DNA of 64,000 nucleotides from Candidatus Magasanikiibacteriota bacterium (GTDB lineage: Bacteria > Patescibacteriota > Patescibacteriia > Magasanikbacterales > GWA2-37-8), in contig JACOYB010000009.1 of the NCBI GenBank assembly GCA_016182085.1, positions 1,393 to 65,392 on the forward strand. The letters run 5' to 3'. A program made the translations under genes and the position numbers. The notes below the pieces were generated by a model. It was not told where the DNA came from. It saw only the letters and a list, made by a program, of their open reading frames with translations, and did not search any database. Shown in pieces: positions 1 to 8,227 of the stretch. Every line of letters starts with the position of its first letter. The first letter of the stretch is position 1.

Positions 1-692
1 GCAGCACTGATAATTTTGATGAAGTAGTAAAGGAATGTCTGTTGCTTACCGATGGCGATTGTATTGGCGCAGGCAGTGTATTGTCTGTAATATCCCAGCC
101 AAACAGTGGTGCTCCCGTGGCCCGCAATAAAGGTTTTGCTATGTCCAAAGGTGAGTATGTAATTTTTTGGGATGCAGACACCTTGGCTCATCCGCAGATG
201 CTGCAAAAAATGTTTGCTTATTTACAAAAACATCCGGACGCAAGTTATGCCTATAGCCAATTTAAATTTGGCTGGAAAACCATAAAAAGCCGGCATTTTA
301 ATGCGGATAAATTAAAACAAGTAAATTATATAGACATCACCTCGCTTATCCGCCGTTCCACCCTCAATTGTCATCCTGAACAAAGTGAAGGATCTCTGTC
401 CAGTAACGCTGTCATTCCGACCGCAGTGGAGGAATCCCTTTCGCGCACGTCTTGTCCTTTCGACGTACACTTAAAACGTTTCCAAGATTGGGATCTGTGG
501 CTCACAATGTTAGAACAAGGTAAAACCGGAGTTTTTATCCCCGAAGTCCTCTATGAAAAAGTTGTAGGCAGCAGAGAAGGTATAAGCACATGGTTGCCAA
601 GCTTCATGTATCAATTGCCATGGAAGACCAAGCAGGTTAAAAAATACGAAGAAGCCAAACAAATTATTATAAAAAAACACCATCTGTCCTAA
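1..692 (+). CDS. Family 2 glycosyltransferase, 5' end truncated by window edge; carries an in-frame hairpin-repeat insertion at about 366-466
   Basis: Reading frame is open from nt 3. GT2-like motifs are present (STDNFDEVVKE, DGDCIGAG, ...VIFWDADT...). The segment 'NCHPEQSEGSLSSNAVIPTAVEESLSRTSCPFDVH' is encoded by the dispersed 'gtcatcctga…gaaggatc' repeat. Confidence 0.7.
   Translation, partial: STDNFDEVVKECLLLTDGDCIGAGSVLSVISQPNSGAPVARNKGFAMSKGEYVIFWDADTLAHPQMLQKMFAYLQKHPDASYAYSQFKFGWKTIKSRHFNADKLKQVNYIDITSLIRRSTLNCHPEQSEGSLSSNAVIPTAVEESLSRTSCPFDVHLKRFQDWDLWLTMLEQGKTGVFIPEVLYEKVVGSREGISTWLPSFMYQLPWKTKQVKKYEEAKQIIIKKHHLS
366..466. repeat. Dispersed hairpin repeat (gtcatcctga…gaaggatctctgtc family), two tandem arms, inserted in-frame in the GT2 gene
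   Basis: Sequence 'ttgtcatcctgaacaaagtgaaggatctctgtcc…gtcattccgaccgcagtggaggaatcccttt' matches the other copies listed below. Confidence 0.7.
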
Positions 693-699
693 CTGTCAT

Positions 700-740
700 C
701 CCGAGCGAGTCCGTAGCCGACGAGGGATCTATACCTATTA
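700..740. repeat. Solo copy of the hairpin repeat (ctgtcatcccgagcgagtccgtagccgacgagggatct)
   Basis: Same core 'tgtcatccYga…gggatc' immediately after the GT2 stop codon. Confidence 0.6.
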
Positions 741-918
741 AAGAAAAATTTAACCTATGGTCATAGATATAGAATTAACTTTAAATAGATTTGGTTTTGG
801 CAAAATCGCCGAAAACAAATTTCAGTTATTTTGCTTTCGTTTTTCTAAATGGAAAATTCCTGGTAAATATTCTATTTCGTTTGAAATAAACTGGAAGAAA
901 AAAATTTAATAATTTATT

Positions 919-1263
919 ATGAACCTAGAAGAAATCCAGAAAAAAATAATTGCCTTTCGCGATGCGCGTGATTGGAAGCAGTTTCATACGCCAAAAGACA
1001 TGGCCATTTCTTTGGCGTTAGAAGCGGCCGAAGTATTAGAACATTTTTAATGGAAAAACGAAGCAGAAATTGCCGAGTATTTAAAAACTAACAAAGAAGG
1101 TATCGCCGATGAACTGGCCGATGTTCTGTGGTGGGTGTTGCTTATGTCCCATGATTTGGGTATTGATATTTTAGAAGCATCGGAAAAGAAGATAGAAAAA
1201 ACTGCGTTAAAGTATCCGGTGGAGAAATCCAAAGGTAAACATACAAAATATACGGAGTTATAA
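919..1263 (+). pseudogene. MazG-like nucleotide pyrophosphohydrolase (YpjD-like) interrupted by an in-frame TAA at 1048-1050
   Basis: Translation: MNLEEIQKKIIAFRDARDWKQFHTPKDMAISLALEAAEVLEHF*WKNEAEIAEYLKTNKEGIADELADVLWWVLLMSHDLGIDILEASEKKIEKTALKYPVEKSK… This is the typical MazG pattern (RDW..FH.PK…E.GEL.E.FQW…ELADVL). The stop sits exactly where the conserved Gln (CAA) of 'FQW' is expected. Confidence 0.6.
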
Positions 1264-1450
1264 ACTGTCATCCGCTCGTTAACTGTCATCCTGATCTAGA
1301 GTTCTGGGGAGAAGGATCTCTGTCCGTTAATTCCCCGCTTGTCCCGATTCTCGAGAATCGAGGATCCTCGACCGCGGTCGGGAGGCGTCTGGGTAGGGGT
1401 GGGTTGGTCTGTTTAGTTGTCATCCCGACCGCAGTGGAGGGATCCCTTAA
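1264..1450. repeat. Compound cluster of the hairpin repeats plus G+C-rich palindromes
   Basis: 'ctgtcatccgctcgtt', 'actgtcatcctgatctagagttctggggagaaggatctctgtccgtt', the perfect palindrome 'cgattctcgagaatcg', 'cctcgaccgcggtcgggagg', and 'ttgtcatcccgaccgcagtggagggatccctt'. Confidence 0.6.
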
Positions 1451-1464
1451 CCTATTAAAATGAT

Positions 1465-1662
1465 ATGATAGTAAAAAGAAAAAAAGGATATTATGTCCTA
1501 TCCGTCCCGACTTTGCCTTTGGCGGCAAAGTCGCGGATCCGCGATTTTGCTCGAGGCAAAATCGGGAAAAAAACCCGCAAAAACCTAAGCGGGCCATACA
1601 AAACCCGCGCCGAGGCGATTAAACGGCTAGGGCAGGTTGAGTTTTTTAAGCATAGGAAATAG
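1465..1662 (+). CDS. Small basic protein (65 aa), paralog of the 2914..3048 ORF, containing a 63-bp palindromic insertion (1504-1566)
   Basis: DNA is about 85% identical to 2914..3048 outside the insert. The insert 'gtcccgactttgcctttggcggcaaagtcgcggatccgcgattttgctcgaggcaaaatcggg' is three consecutive palindromes and is in frame (21 codons). Confidence 0.4.
   Translation: MIVKRKKGYYVLSVPTLPLAAKSRIRDFARGKIGKKTRKNLSGPYKTRAEAIKRLGQVEFFKHRK
1504..1566. repeat. 63-bp triple-palindrome mini-insertion
   Basis: cgacttt/aaagtcg, cgcggatccgcg (perfect palindrome), gattttgc/gcaaaatc around ctcgag. It is absent from the paralogous copy at 2914..3048. Confidence 0.6.
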
Positions 1663-1700
1663 TTTTACAAGTATAAGCGAGTAAAATATAGATAATAATT

Positions 1701-2243
1701 TTGAAATACAAATATTGTATGATTTTAGGAGAAAAAAATTACGCGTACATAGATGGAGCTAATTTACATAAAGGCGTAAAAAATAGTGGTTGGAATTTAG
1801 ATTATAAAAAATTTAGAGTTTGGTTAAAGGAAAAATATGGTGCGCGACAGGCGTACCTATTTATTGGTTTTGTTCCAAAAAACAAAGATTTGTATACATA
1901 TCTTCAAGAGTGTGGTTTCATTTTGGTTTACAAAGATATTACTTATGGTGGCGATGGTTGTATAAAAGGCAATTGTGATGCGGATCTTGTGCTGCATGCC
2001 ATAAGAGATGCGTATGAAAATAATTTTGAAAAAGCAATTTTGGTTTCAAGTGATGGAGATTATGCGGGCTTAGTTAAATTTCTTCAGGAGAAGAAGAAAT
2101 TTGCGGCAATTCTTTCGCCTTCTTTGCCGGAAAAATGCTCTATTCTGCTTAAGAGAACAAGCGCGCCTATTGCGTATCTGATTGATAAAAAAAGTATTTT
2201 AGCCATAAAAGAAAAAACCCCCGATGCGGACGGAACCGCATAG
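1701..2243 (+). CDS. NYN domain (LabA-like) predicted ribonuclease
   Basis: Motifs IDGANL…KGNCDADLV…ILVSSDGDYAGLV are typical of NYN/LabA proteins. The start may be the internal Met at 1719. Confidence 0.65.
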   Translation: MKYKYCMILGEKNYAYIDGANLHKGVKNSGWNLDYKKFRVWLKEKYGARQAYLFIGFVPKNKDLYTYLQECGFILVYKDITYGGDGCIKGNCDADLVLHAIRDAYENNFEKAILVSSDGDYAGLVKFLQEKKKFAAILSPSLPEKCSILLKRTSAPIAYLIDKKSILAIKEKTPDADGTA

Positions 2244-2401
2244 GGGTCTTTTTCGTAGTAATTACCTATAATATATCAGAATTCTTGACAAATGTCAATA
2301 GTTATCCCCAGGTATTTTTAACTATTATATTAGTAATAAATTGCTTGTAAAAGGGGTGGGGAGAGGGTAAAATGAATAGTGTTTTTTAAGAAAAAATATT
2401 T

Positions 2402-2803
2402 ATGAAATTAACAAATAAACAGCGGGAAGAATTGTGGGGCGAAATCGGGCCATATTCACAATTAAATTTAAAAATCGAAACAAGGATATTGGACGATTCG
2501 GTTAGTCGTGTTTTTGTAATTGTGGAATCAGAAATCAATCCGTTTACGTTTGAGTTTGTCAAGAAAAATAGAGACAAGTTTACAGGAGATAAAATTATTT
2601 TAAAGTCGCTTTTGGATAACGGTATTTATGAAGGAGAGACATATGGGTATGTATCGTGTATATATTTGAAAGAGTTAATCGCGGAAAAAGATAATTTAAC
2701 AGGAAATGACGAAGCGTTTGAGATTGCCAATAAAATTTTGGAAGCGGTTCAGGAAACGATTATAAAAATGCACGAGTTCGTCATGAGAGAAATTAAAAAA
2801 TAA
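2402..2803 (+). CDS. Hypothetical protein
   Basis: 133-aa ORF with a coherent hydrophilic sequence; no recognisable motif. Confidence 0.35.
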   Translation: MKLTNKQREELWGEIGPYSQLNLKIETRILDDSVSRVFVIVESEINPFTFEFVKKNRDKFTGDKIILKSLLDNGIYEGETYGYVSCIYLKELIAEKDNLTGNDEAFEIANKILEAVQETIIKMHEFVMREIKK

Positions 2804-2913
2804 TTTAATCAAGATGGCAATCATTTTAAGTATGATGGATTTGAAATGGGGCAGTATGATAATGGCGAAGTGACGGTTTTTGATGGGATTCGGAAGTAAT
2901 TAATTATAAACGT

Positions 2914-3048
2914 ATGATAGTCAAACGCAAACAAGGATATTATGTCCTGTCCAAAAAAACCCGCAAAAATCTAGGCGGGCCATACAAAACCCGCGCCGAG
3001 GCGGTCGCACGCTTGCGGCAGGTTGAGTTTTTTAAGCATGCGAAATAA
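2914..3048 (+). CDS. Small basic protein (44 aa) immediately upstream (5 nt) of the DpnI-like gene; paralog of 1465..1662
   Basis: MIVKRKQGYYVLSKKTRKNLGGPYKTRAEAVARLRQVEFFKHAK. Not in the ORF track (below size cutoff). Found because it is a direct DNA repeat of 1465..1662. Confidence 0.4.
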   Translation: MIVKRKQGYYVLSKKTRKNLGGPYKTRAEAVARLRQVEFFKHAK

Positions 3049-3053
3049 ACTTT

Positions 3054-3824
3054 ATGAATTTATCTTTTGAAACAAAATTAGCCGATAAATATACAAGTTC
3101 CTCTCAAAAAATAAGAGTTTTGACAGAGGATTGGGTGGATAGACAAGTTTATTGTCCAAATTGTGGATATTTGGATATTGATAAATATAAAAACAATAAG
3201 CCGGTGGCTGATTTCTTTTGCTCGAATTGCAGAGAAGATTATGAATTAAAAAGTAAAAAAGATTCTGTCGGGACAAAAATAGTTGATGGTGCTTACAAAA
3301 CAATGATTGAAAGATTACAAAGTACAAATAATCCCAATTTTTTCCTACTCAACTATGATTTACGAGATTTTTCCGTTTTGAATTTTTTCGTTATTCCAAA
3401 ACATTTTTTTGTTCCAGATATTATTGAAAAGCGTAAGGCATTATCGCAAACAGCAAGACGGGCCGGTTGGATTGGTTGTAATATCTTACTGAAAAGTATA
3501 CCTGAAAGTGGGAAAATATTTTATATTAAAAATGGAAAAACTGAAGAGAAGGATAGGGTGCTTAAAAGTTGGCAAAAAACCTTATTTTTAAGAGAAGAAA
3601 AAGAAATTGCGACAAAAGGCTGGTTGCTTGATATAATGCGATGTGTTGAGAGTCTTGGGAAGAAAGAATTTGTGCTTGACGATATCTATACTTTTGAAAA
3701 AGAATTAAGTAAACTACATCCCGAAAACAAACATATTAAAGATAAAATGCGTCAGCAATTACAAATATTGCGAGATAAAGGGTATTTGGAGTTTGTGGGC
3801 AGGGGAGTTTATAGGACAAAGTAG
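3054..3824 (+). CDS. DpnI-family (type IIM, methyl-directed GmATC) restriction endonuclease
   Basis: Catalytic triad at DpnI positions D53/E64/K66, 'VADFFCSNCREDYELKSKK'. A four-Cys cluster (C34,C37,C56,C59) is present. C-terminal 'IKDKMRQQLQILRDKGYLEFVGRGVYR' resembles a winged-helix domain. Length 256 aa matches DpnI. Confidence 0.75.
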   Translation: MNLSFETKLADKYTSSSQKIRVLTEDWVDRQVYCPNCGYLDIDKYKNNKPVADFFCSNCREDYELKSKKDSVGTKIVDGAYKTMIERLQSTNNPNFFLLNYDLRDFSVLNFFVIPKHFFVPDIIEKRKALSQTARRAGWIGCNILLKSIPESGKIFYIKNGKTEEKDRVLKSWQKTLFLREEKEIATKGWLLDIMRCVESLGKKEFVLDDIYTFEKELSKLHPENKHIKDKMRQQLQILRDKGYLEFVGRGVYRTK

Positions 3825-4381
3825 TATGACCATTAATCTTTCAGCAAAATTAGCAAAGGTTATACTGTGTTTAAATCCATTCGCGAGATTAAAAGTGATG
3901 TGCAGAGGGTATAGCGAAGATTTGGATAATTTTACTGAGCTTGTCTGGGATGATGATAAGTATTTGGATTTTTACGACAAAGAAACATACCCACAACTTC
4001 AGTTGGGGTTAATATAGGAATATGAAGTTAAAAAACTTTATCGAATATTTAAAAATAATCCAAAAAATACATGGCGATAACGCAGAAGTTGTTATGGCTG
4101 ATTTTATTCCTGTCGTTGAGCCAGTTTTATTAAATTCCCATACAGGGAAACCATGTGTTGTGGTAACTGATGAAAAGTAAGATAGGGTATGAAGTATAAG
4201 AAAATTCAATTAGAATACGACAAAATATATTCTTATTTCAAAAGAACCTGCGAGCAGTTTGATTTGTTAGAATGGAACGGAAAAAGATTGGATGTCTGGA
4301 GTAATGATAAGATTATCGAAACTTATAAGTATAAAGATTTAAAAGTTATTAATATTTTTTAAATTTTGTTCTGAAATAATT

Positions 4382-5164
4382 ATGTCCACAGCAAAAGAAA
4401 TAAAATGGTTGCTAAGCACAGGTATATTATTTGCGATTTTATTTTTTAGCGGATATTTATATCTAACAATATATTTTATTGATCTAGCTGTTCCAATAAG
4501 TGATTTATCAATAGCGGAGGTGGCTCTCATGGGCTTTATTCCTTCCATGCTTTCAATTCTAACAGCGCTTATTACATTCTTATTTTTTATCCTTATTTCT
4601 GCCATAATTTTCCGCATTTTTAAAACAAAAGTAAAGGCAAAAATTAAAGAAAGATTCAAAAAAAATTATTTCAATTTTCTAATAATTGGAATTTGTCTTT
4701 TACCCTTTACAATTTATTTTTGGGCATCTTTTAATAATACACGTGGTTATCCATATAATTATATCCCAATATCAAAAAGGACAAGTCGACCAATTGTTTC
4801 AGTTTCTTATAAATCATCTTTAGTAAGTAATTACGCGCCACTAGTCGTGACAAACCAGATTGACAAGGGTACTAGCACAAAAAGCAATAGTCAGGAGGAG
4901 GTTAAAAATTATGATGCAGTATTTTTTAAGGACATTTTTATATTATACTTTGAAAGTAAAGACAGCTATTTTTTTAAAGCTAGAAAAGACTTGTTCTATA
5001 CTAGAACATCTATAACCTTTACTGAAAGTGGGAATACGACAATAATTCCAGTTGGCTTTTATAATGATATTAATAGTGGCTTTATTGTAATTCCCAAGAG
5101 TAATATTCTAGCATTAATTTATTTAGAAAACGATTTGGAAAAAGATTTTGATTTTAAAAAATAA
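4382..5164 (+). CDS. Hypothetical membrane protein (N-terminal TM helices)
   Basis: Hydrophobic N-terminal half; no recognisable motif. Confidence 0.4.
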   Translation: MSTAKEIKWLLSTGILFAILFFSGYLYLTIYFIDLAVPISDLSIAEVALMGFIPSMLSILTALITFLFFILISAIIFRIFKTKVKAKIKERFKKNYFNFLIIGICLLPFTIYFWASFNNTRGYPYNYIPISKRTSRPIVSVSYKSSLVSNYAPLVVTNQIDKGTSTKSNSQEEVKNYDAVFFKDIFILYFESKDSYFFKARKDLFYTRTSITFTESGNTTIIPVGFYNDINSGFIVIPKSNILALIYLENDLEKDFDFKK

Positions 5165-5233
5165 CATGTCAAATACTACCCCAGTAGCAGGTTGCGCGGC
5201 AATCGCTACGGGGCGAGCACCCCCACAAATTAT

Positions 5234-6004
5234 ATGTCTGAGTATTATACAGCTCAACGCACTAAAAATATCTACGACCCCCTAAAGCACGGCAAGCCGG
5301 CTTCAGGGCAAGCCTTCAAACTCTCTCGCTCAAAGATAGATCTTTTTTTAAACTGTCCTCGCTGTTTTTATTTTGACCGCCGCCTCGGTGTCGGTCGGCC
5401 GCCGGGATTTCCTTTTGCCCTCAATTCGGCTGTGGATCATCTTTTGAAGTTGGAATTTGATATACATCGCGTAGCTGGCACCAAGCATCCTTTGATAGAA
5501 AAATATGGTGTAGATGCTATGCCTGTGGCTCACAAAGACTTGGAACAATGGCGACATAACTTTACCGGTATTCAATATCTGCACGAATCCACCAATTTAT
5601 TGGTATTTGGCGCGATAGACGACCTTTGGCAGAACTCCAAAGGCGAGTATATTGTGGTGGATTACAAAGCTACCTCCAAAGACGAAGCCATTATCGAGCT
5701 CAACAAAGAATGGCAGATTGGGTACAAACGGCAAATGGAAGTTTATCAGTGGCTGCTACGCCAGAACGGCTACAAAGTATCCGACACTGGTTATTTTGTC
5801 TATTGCAACGGCCAGACAGACCGCAAAGCTTTTGATGGCAAGTTAGAATTTGATGTTACTTTAATTTCGTACAAGGGCAATGATTCTTGGGTGGAGAAGG
5901 CGATAAAAGACGCGCACAAATGTTTGAACAGTGATAAGATACCTAAATCAGGTTCGGAGTGCGATTATTGCAGTTATGTAGCGGCGATAAATAGTAAAGA
6001 GTAA
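5234..6004 (+). CDS. PD-(D/E)XK nuclease, Cas4/RecB-like, with a CxxC…CxxC cysteine cluster
   Basis: 'IDDLW…EYIVVDYKATSK' carries the D/ExK motifs. N-terminal 'CPRCFYF' and C-terminal 'ECDYCSY' cysteine pairs are present. G+C is somewhat above the flanks. The in-frame upstream extension to 5192 is probably not translated. Confidence 0.55.
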   Translation: MSEYYTAQRTKNIYDPLKHGKPASGQAFKLSRSKIDLFLNCPRCFYFDRRLGVGRPPGFPFALNSAVDHLLKLEFDIHRVAGTKHPLIEKYGVDAMPVAHKDLEQWRHNFTGIQYLHESTNLLVFGAIDDLWQNSKGEYIVVDYKATSKDEAIIELNKEWQIGYKRQMEVYQWLLRQNGYKVSDTGYFVYCNGQTDRKAFDGKLEFDVTLISYKGNDSWVEKAIKDAHKCLNSDKIPKSGSECDYCSYVAAINSKE

Positions 6005-6006
6005 GT

Positions 6007-6633
6007 ATGTTCGGTCTCACCAAATCAGAACTAAAAATCCTAAAAAAACTTTCTACCCCCATAAAAATTCAGGATTTTTTGGATACTATGCCGGTGAATT
6101 GGGAAAAGAAAGGGGAGACCTATATGTCTCCGCGCCGAAGTTTAAAGGCGAAAAAGATGCATTGTTTTGAGGGCGCGCTTTTTGCCGCTTTAGTTTTGTG
6201 GGTTCATGACGAACCGCCGCTGGTAATGGATTTCCAAAACAAAGGCGACGATGATCATGTGATTGCGGTATATAAACGCAATGGATATTGGGGCGCGATA
6301 AGCAAAACCAATCATTCTACTTTGCGCTATCGTGATCCGGTATATAAAACTACTCGCGAATTGGCCATGTCTTACTTTCATGAATATTGGAACAATAAAA
6401 GCGGCAAAAAAACTTTGGTTGCATTTTCCACTGAGCCGTTTGACTTACGAAAATATGGTAAAAAATGGATAACGGCCGAAGAAGAACTATTTAGCATGGT
6501 AGATGATATAGACAATGCGCCGCATACGCAAATTTACCCAAAAAAGAACCTTAAGTTTATTCGTCGGGCTGACAAAATGGAGAGGCGAGCGGGTAAGCTT
6601 ATTGAATGGAAAAAAACTCATCCTAGAACATAG
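6007..6633 (+). CDS. Hypothetical protein; possible Cys/His hydrolase
   Basis: 3-nt gap after the preceding nuclease gene, so likely co-transcribed. 'HCFEGALFAA…DDDHVIAVY' suggests a Cys/His pair (speculative). Confidence 0.35.
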   Translation: MFGLTKSELKILKKLSTPIKIQDFLDTMPVNWEKKGETYMSPRRSLKAKKMHCFEGALFAALVLWVHDEPPLVMDFQNKGDDDHVIAVYKRNGYWGAISKTNHSTLRYRDPVYKTTRELAMSYFHEYWNNKSGKKTLVAFSTEPFDLRKYGKKWITAEEELFSMVDDIDNAPHTQIYPKKNLKFIRRADKMERRAGKLIEWKKTHPRT

Positions 6634-6687
6634 GATAGATTAGTTGTATAATTAATAAAGAGCGTTTTATTAATCTAATTTGTTTAT

Positions 6688-6978
6688 ATGGATACCAAGC
6701 ATCTAAAAGACAAGCTGGCTTCCGGGGAAGATGTAATGATAATTGATGTTCGAGAGCATGATGAATACGAAAAAGGCGAAAAAATGGACGAAGCTACCAA
6801 TATACCGATGGGTCAGATGTTTATTGAAGCTTCGCAAGGAAAATTGCCAAAAGATAAAAAAATTATCACAGTTTGCAAAAGTGGAACTAGATGCGAAATT
6901 GTGGCGCGTGAATTGAAAGCTAAGGGCTATGATATTGAACACTTAGAAGGCGGAATGGATGCTTGGAAAGCAGCTTAG
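6688..6978 (+). CDS. Rhodanese-like single-domain sulfurtransferase
   Basis: IIDVREHDEY…active-site loop 'CKSGTRC'…GGMDAWKAA. Confidence 0.75.
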   Translation: MDTKHLKDKLASGEDVMIIDVREHDEYEKGEKMDEATNIPMGQMFIEASQGKLPKDKKIITVCKSGTRCEIVARELKAKGYDIEHLEGGMDAWKAA

Positions 6979-6981
6979 TGT

Positions 6982-7449
6982 ATGGCTCTTAAAACAAACC
7001 ATGTTGTCATACCGTTGATTACAATTGCTACGATCAGTCTCGGTAGTCTGGTTACTTCTTTGGGTATGAATTGGTATAGCACAATTAAACTTCCGGCGTT
7101 TACGCCCCCCGGCAGCTTTATTGGCGCAGTTTGGACAGTTTTATTTATTTTGGCTACACTTTCCGCTCTTATAGTTTGGAATAAAGCTTGGAGAAAAAGA
7201 AAAAATATAATTGGCATTGCTTTTGTTTTAAACATTTTGCTTAATGTTGGTTGGAGTGTTTTATTCTTCGGGCTGCATTTAATTGGTCCGGCAATTTATG
7301 AATCGGCTTTGCTGGGCGTGTCGGTTTTAGTGTTAATAATTCTAATTTGGCCTGTTTCTAAATTAGCTGTTTGGCTTTTGGTGCCTTACATGGTTTGGGT
7401 CTCTTTCGCTACATTTTTAACTTATACCATTTGGTCTCTTAATAAGTAA
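6982..7449 (+). CDS. tspO: TspO/MBR family (tryptophan-rich sensory protein)
   Basis: Five TM helices; WY..L.KP.FTPP; W-rich; 155 aa. Confidence 0.6.
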   Translation: MALKTNHVVIPLITIATISLGSLVTSLGMNWYSTIKLPAFTPPGSFIGAVWTVLFILATLSALIVWNKAWRKRKNIIGIAFVLNILLNVGWSVLFFGLHLIGPAIYESALLGVSVLVLIILIWPVSKLAVWLLVPYMVWVSFATFLTYTIWSLNK

Positions 7450-7451
7450 CT

Positions 7452-7844
7452 ATGCAAATTCCCGAGAGTGAATTAATAATCACGTTTGCTAGATCATCCG
7501 GAGCGGGCGGGCAAAATGTAAACAAAACTTCCACCAAGGCTATTATTCATTGGCCGGTAGGGAAGTCTTTTGTGTTATCTGAAGAACAAAAACAAAGAAT
7601 AAGAATTGTGCTGGCTAATAGAATAAATAGTGAAGATGAAATGGTGGTAATGTCGGAAGAGGAACGTTCTCAACCACAGAATCGAGAATTGGCAATTGCT
7701 AGGCTGCAATCATTGGTAGATGATGCTTTACACGTGCCAAAAGTACGTCGAGCCACTAAGCCAACCAGATCTTCCAAAATAAAACGCCTTGAATCAAAAA
7801 AGATACGTTCTCAGATAAAAGAGGGGCGACGAAATGTTGAATAA
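7452..7844 (+). CDS. arfB: Alternative ribosome-rescue factor ArfB (peptidyl-tRNA hydrolase, GGQ motif)
   Basis: 'ARSSGAGGQNVNKTSTKA' GGQ motif plus a basic C-terminal tail; about 130 aa. Confidence 0.7.
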   Translation: MQIPESELIITFARSSGAGGQNVNKTSTKAIIHWPVGKSFVLSEEQKQRIRIVLANRINSEDEMVVMSEEERSQPQNRELAIARLQSLVDDALHVPKVRRATKPTRSSKIKRLESKKIRSQIKEGRRNVE

Positions 7845-7851
7845 TTACCCA

Positions 7852-8222
7852 ATTGTCATCCTGAGCAGAGCGAAGGATCTCTGTCCGTTATATTATGCCA
7901 AATCACAATTATTATGTTTATATAATAGCCAGTGTAAGTTTCGTATTATATATAGGAGTAACAAATGACCTTATTAGAAGAGTTGAAGAACATAAGGATG
8001 GAATTGTTGATGGTTTTACTAAAAAGTATAAATGTAAAAAGTTAGTTTATTATGAAAGTTTTTTTCATGTGGAGGATGCTCTTAAAAGAGAAAAAGAATT
8101 AAAAGGTTGGAAAAGATTTAGAAAAGTTAATTTAATAAATATTGGTAATTCGCGGTGGGTAGATTTGTATGATCAACTTACGAGTTGAGACAGAGATCCT
8201 TCACTGCGTTCAGGATGACAAA
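7852..8222. mobile_element. Candidate minimal element: GIY-YIG gene bracketed by 33-bp terminal inverted repeats
   Basis: Left arm at 7853-7885 is 'ttgtcatcctgagcagagcgaaggatctctgtc'. Reverse complement of 8189-8221 is 'ttgtcatcctgaacgcagtgaaggatctctgtc'. Identity is 26/33, and all differences fall in the central 7 nt. The ORF 7895..8188 fills the interior with gaps of 9 nt or less. Confidence 0.5.
7895..8188 (+). CDS. GIY-YIG nuclease family protein (UPF0213/YhbQ-like)
   Basis: YYVYIIAS…LYIGVTNDLIRRVEEH is the GIY-YIG signature. Confidence 0.65.
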   Translation: MPNHNYYVYIIASVSFVLYIGVTNDLIRRVEEHKDGIVDGFTKKYKCKKLVYYESFFHVEDALKREKELKGWKRFRKVNLINIGNSRWVDLYDQLTS

Positions 8223-8227
8223 CTACT

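Noticed and set aside
3793-4361. Small ORFs after the DpnI-like gene (3793..4017, about 4022..4180, about 4188..4361)
   Set aside because: No motifs, a weak RBS, and frames that overlap each other. They might be real small accessory proteins, but the sequence alone does not support calling them.
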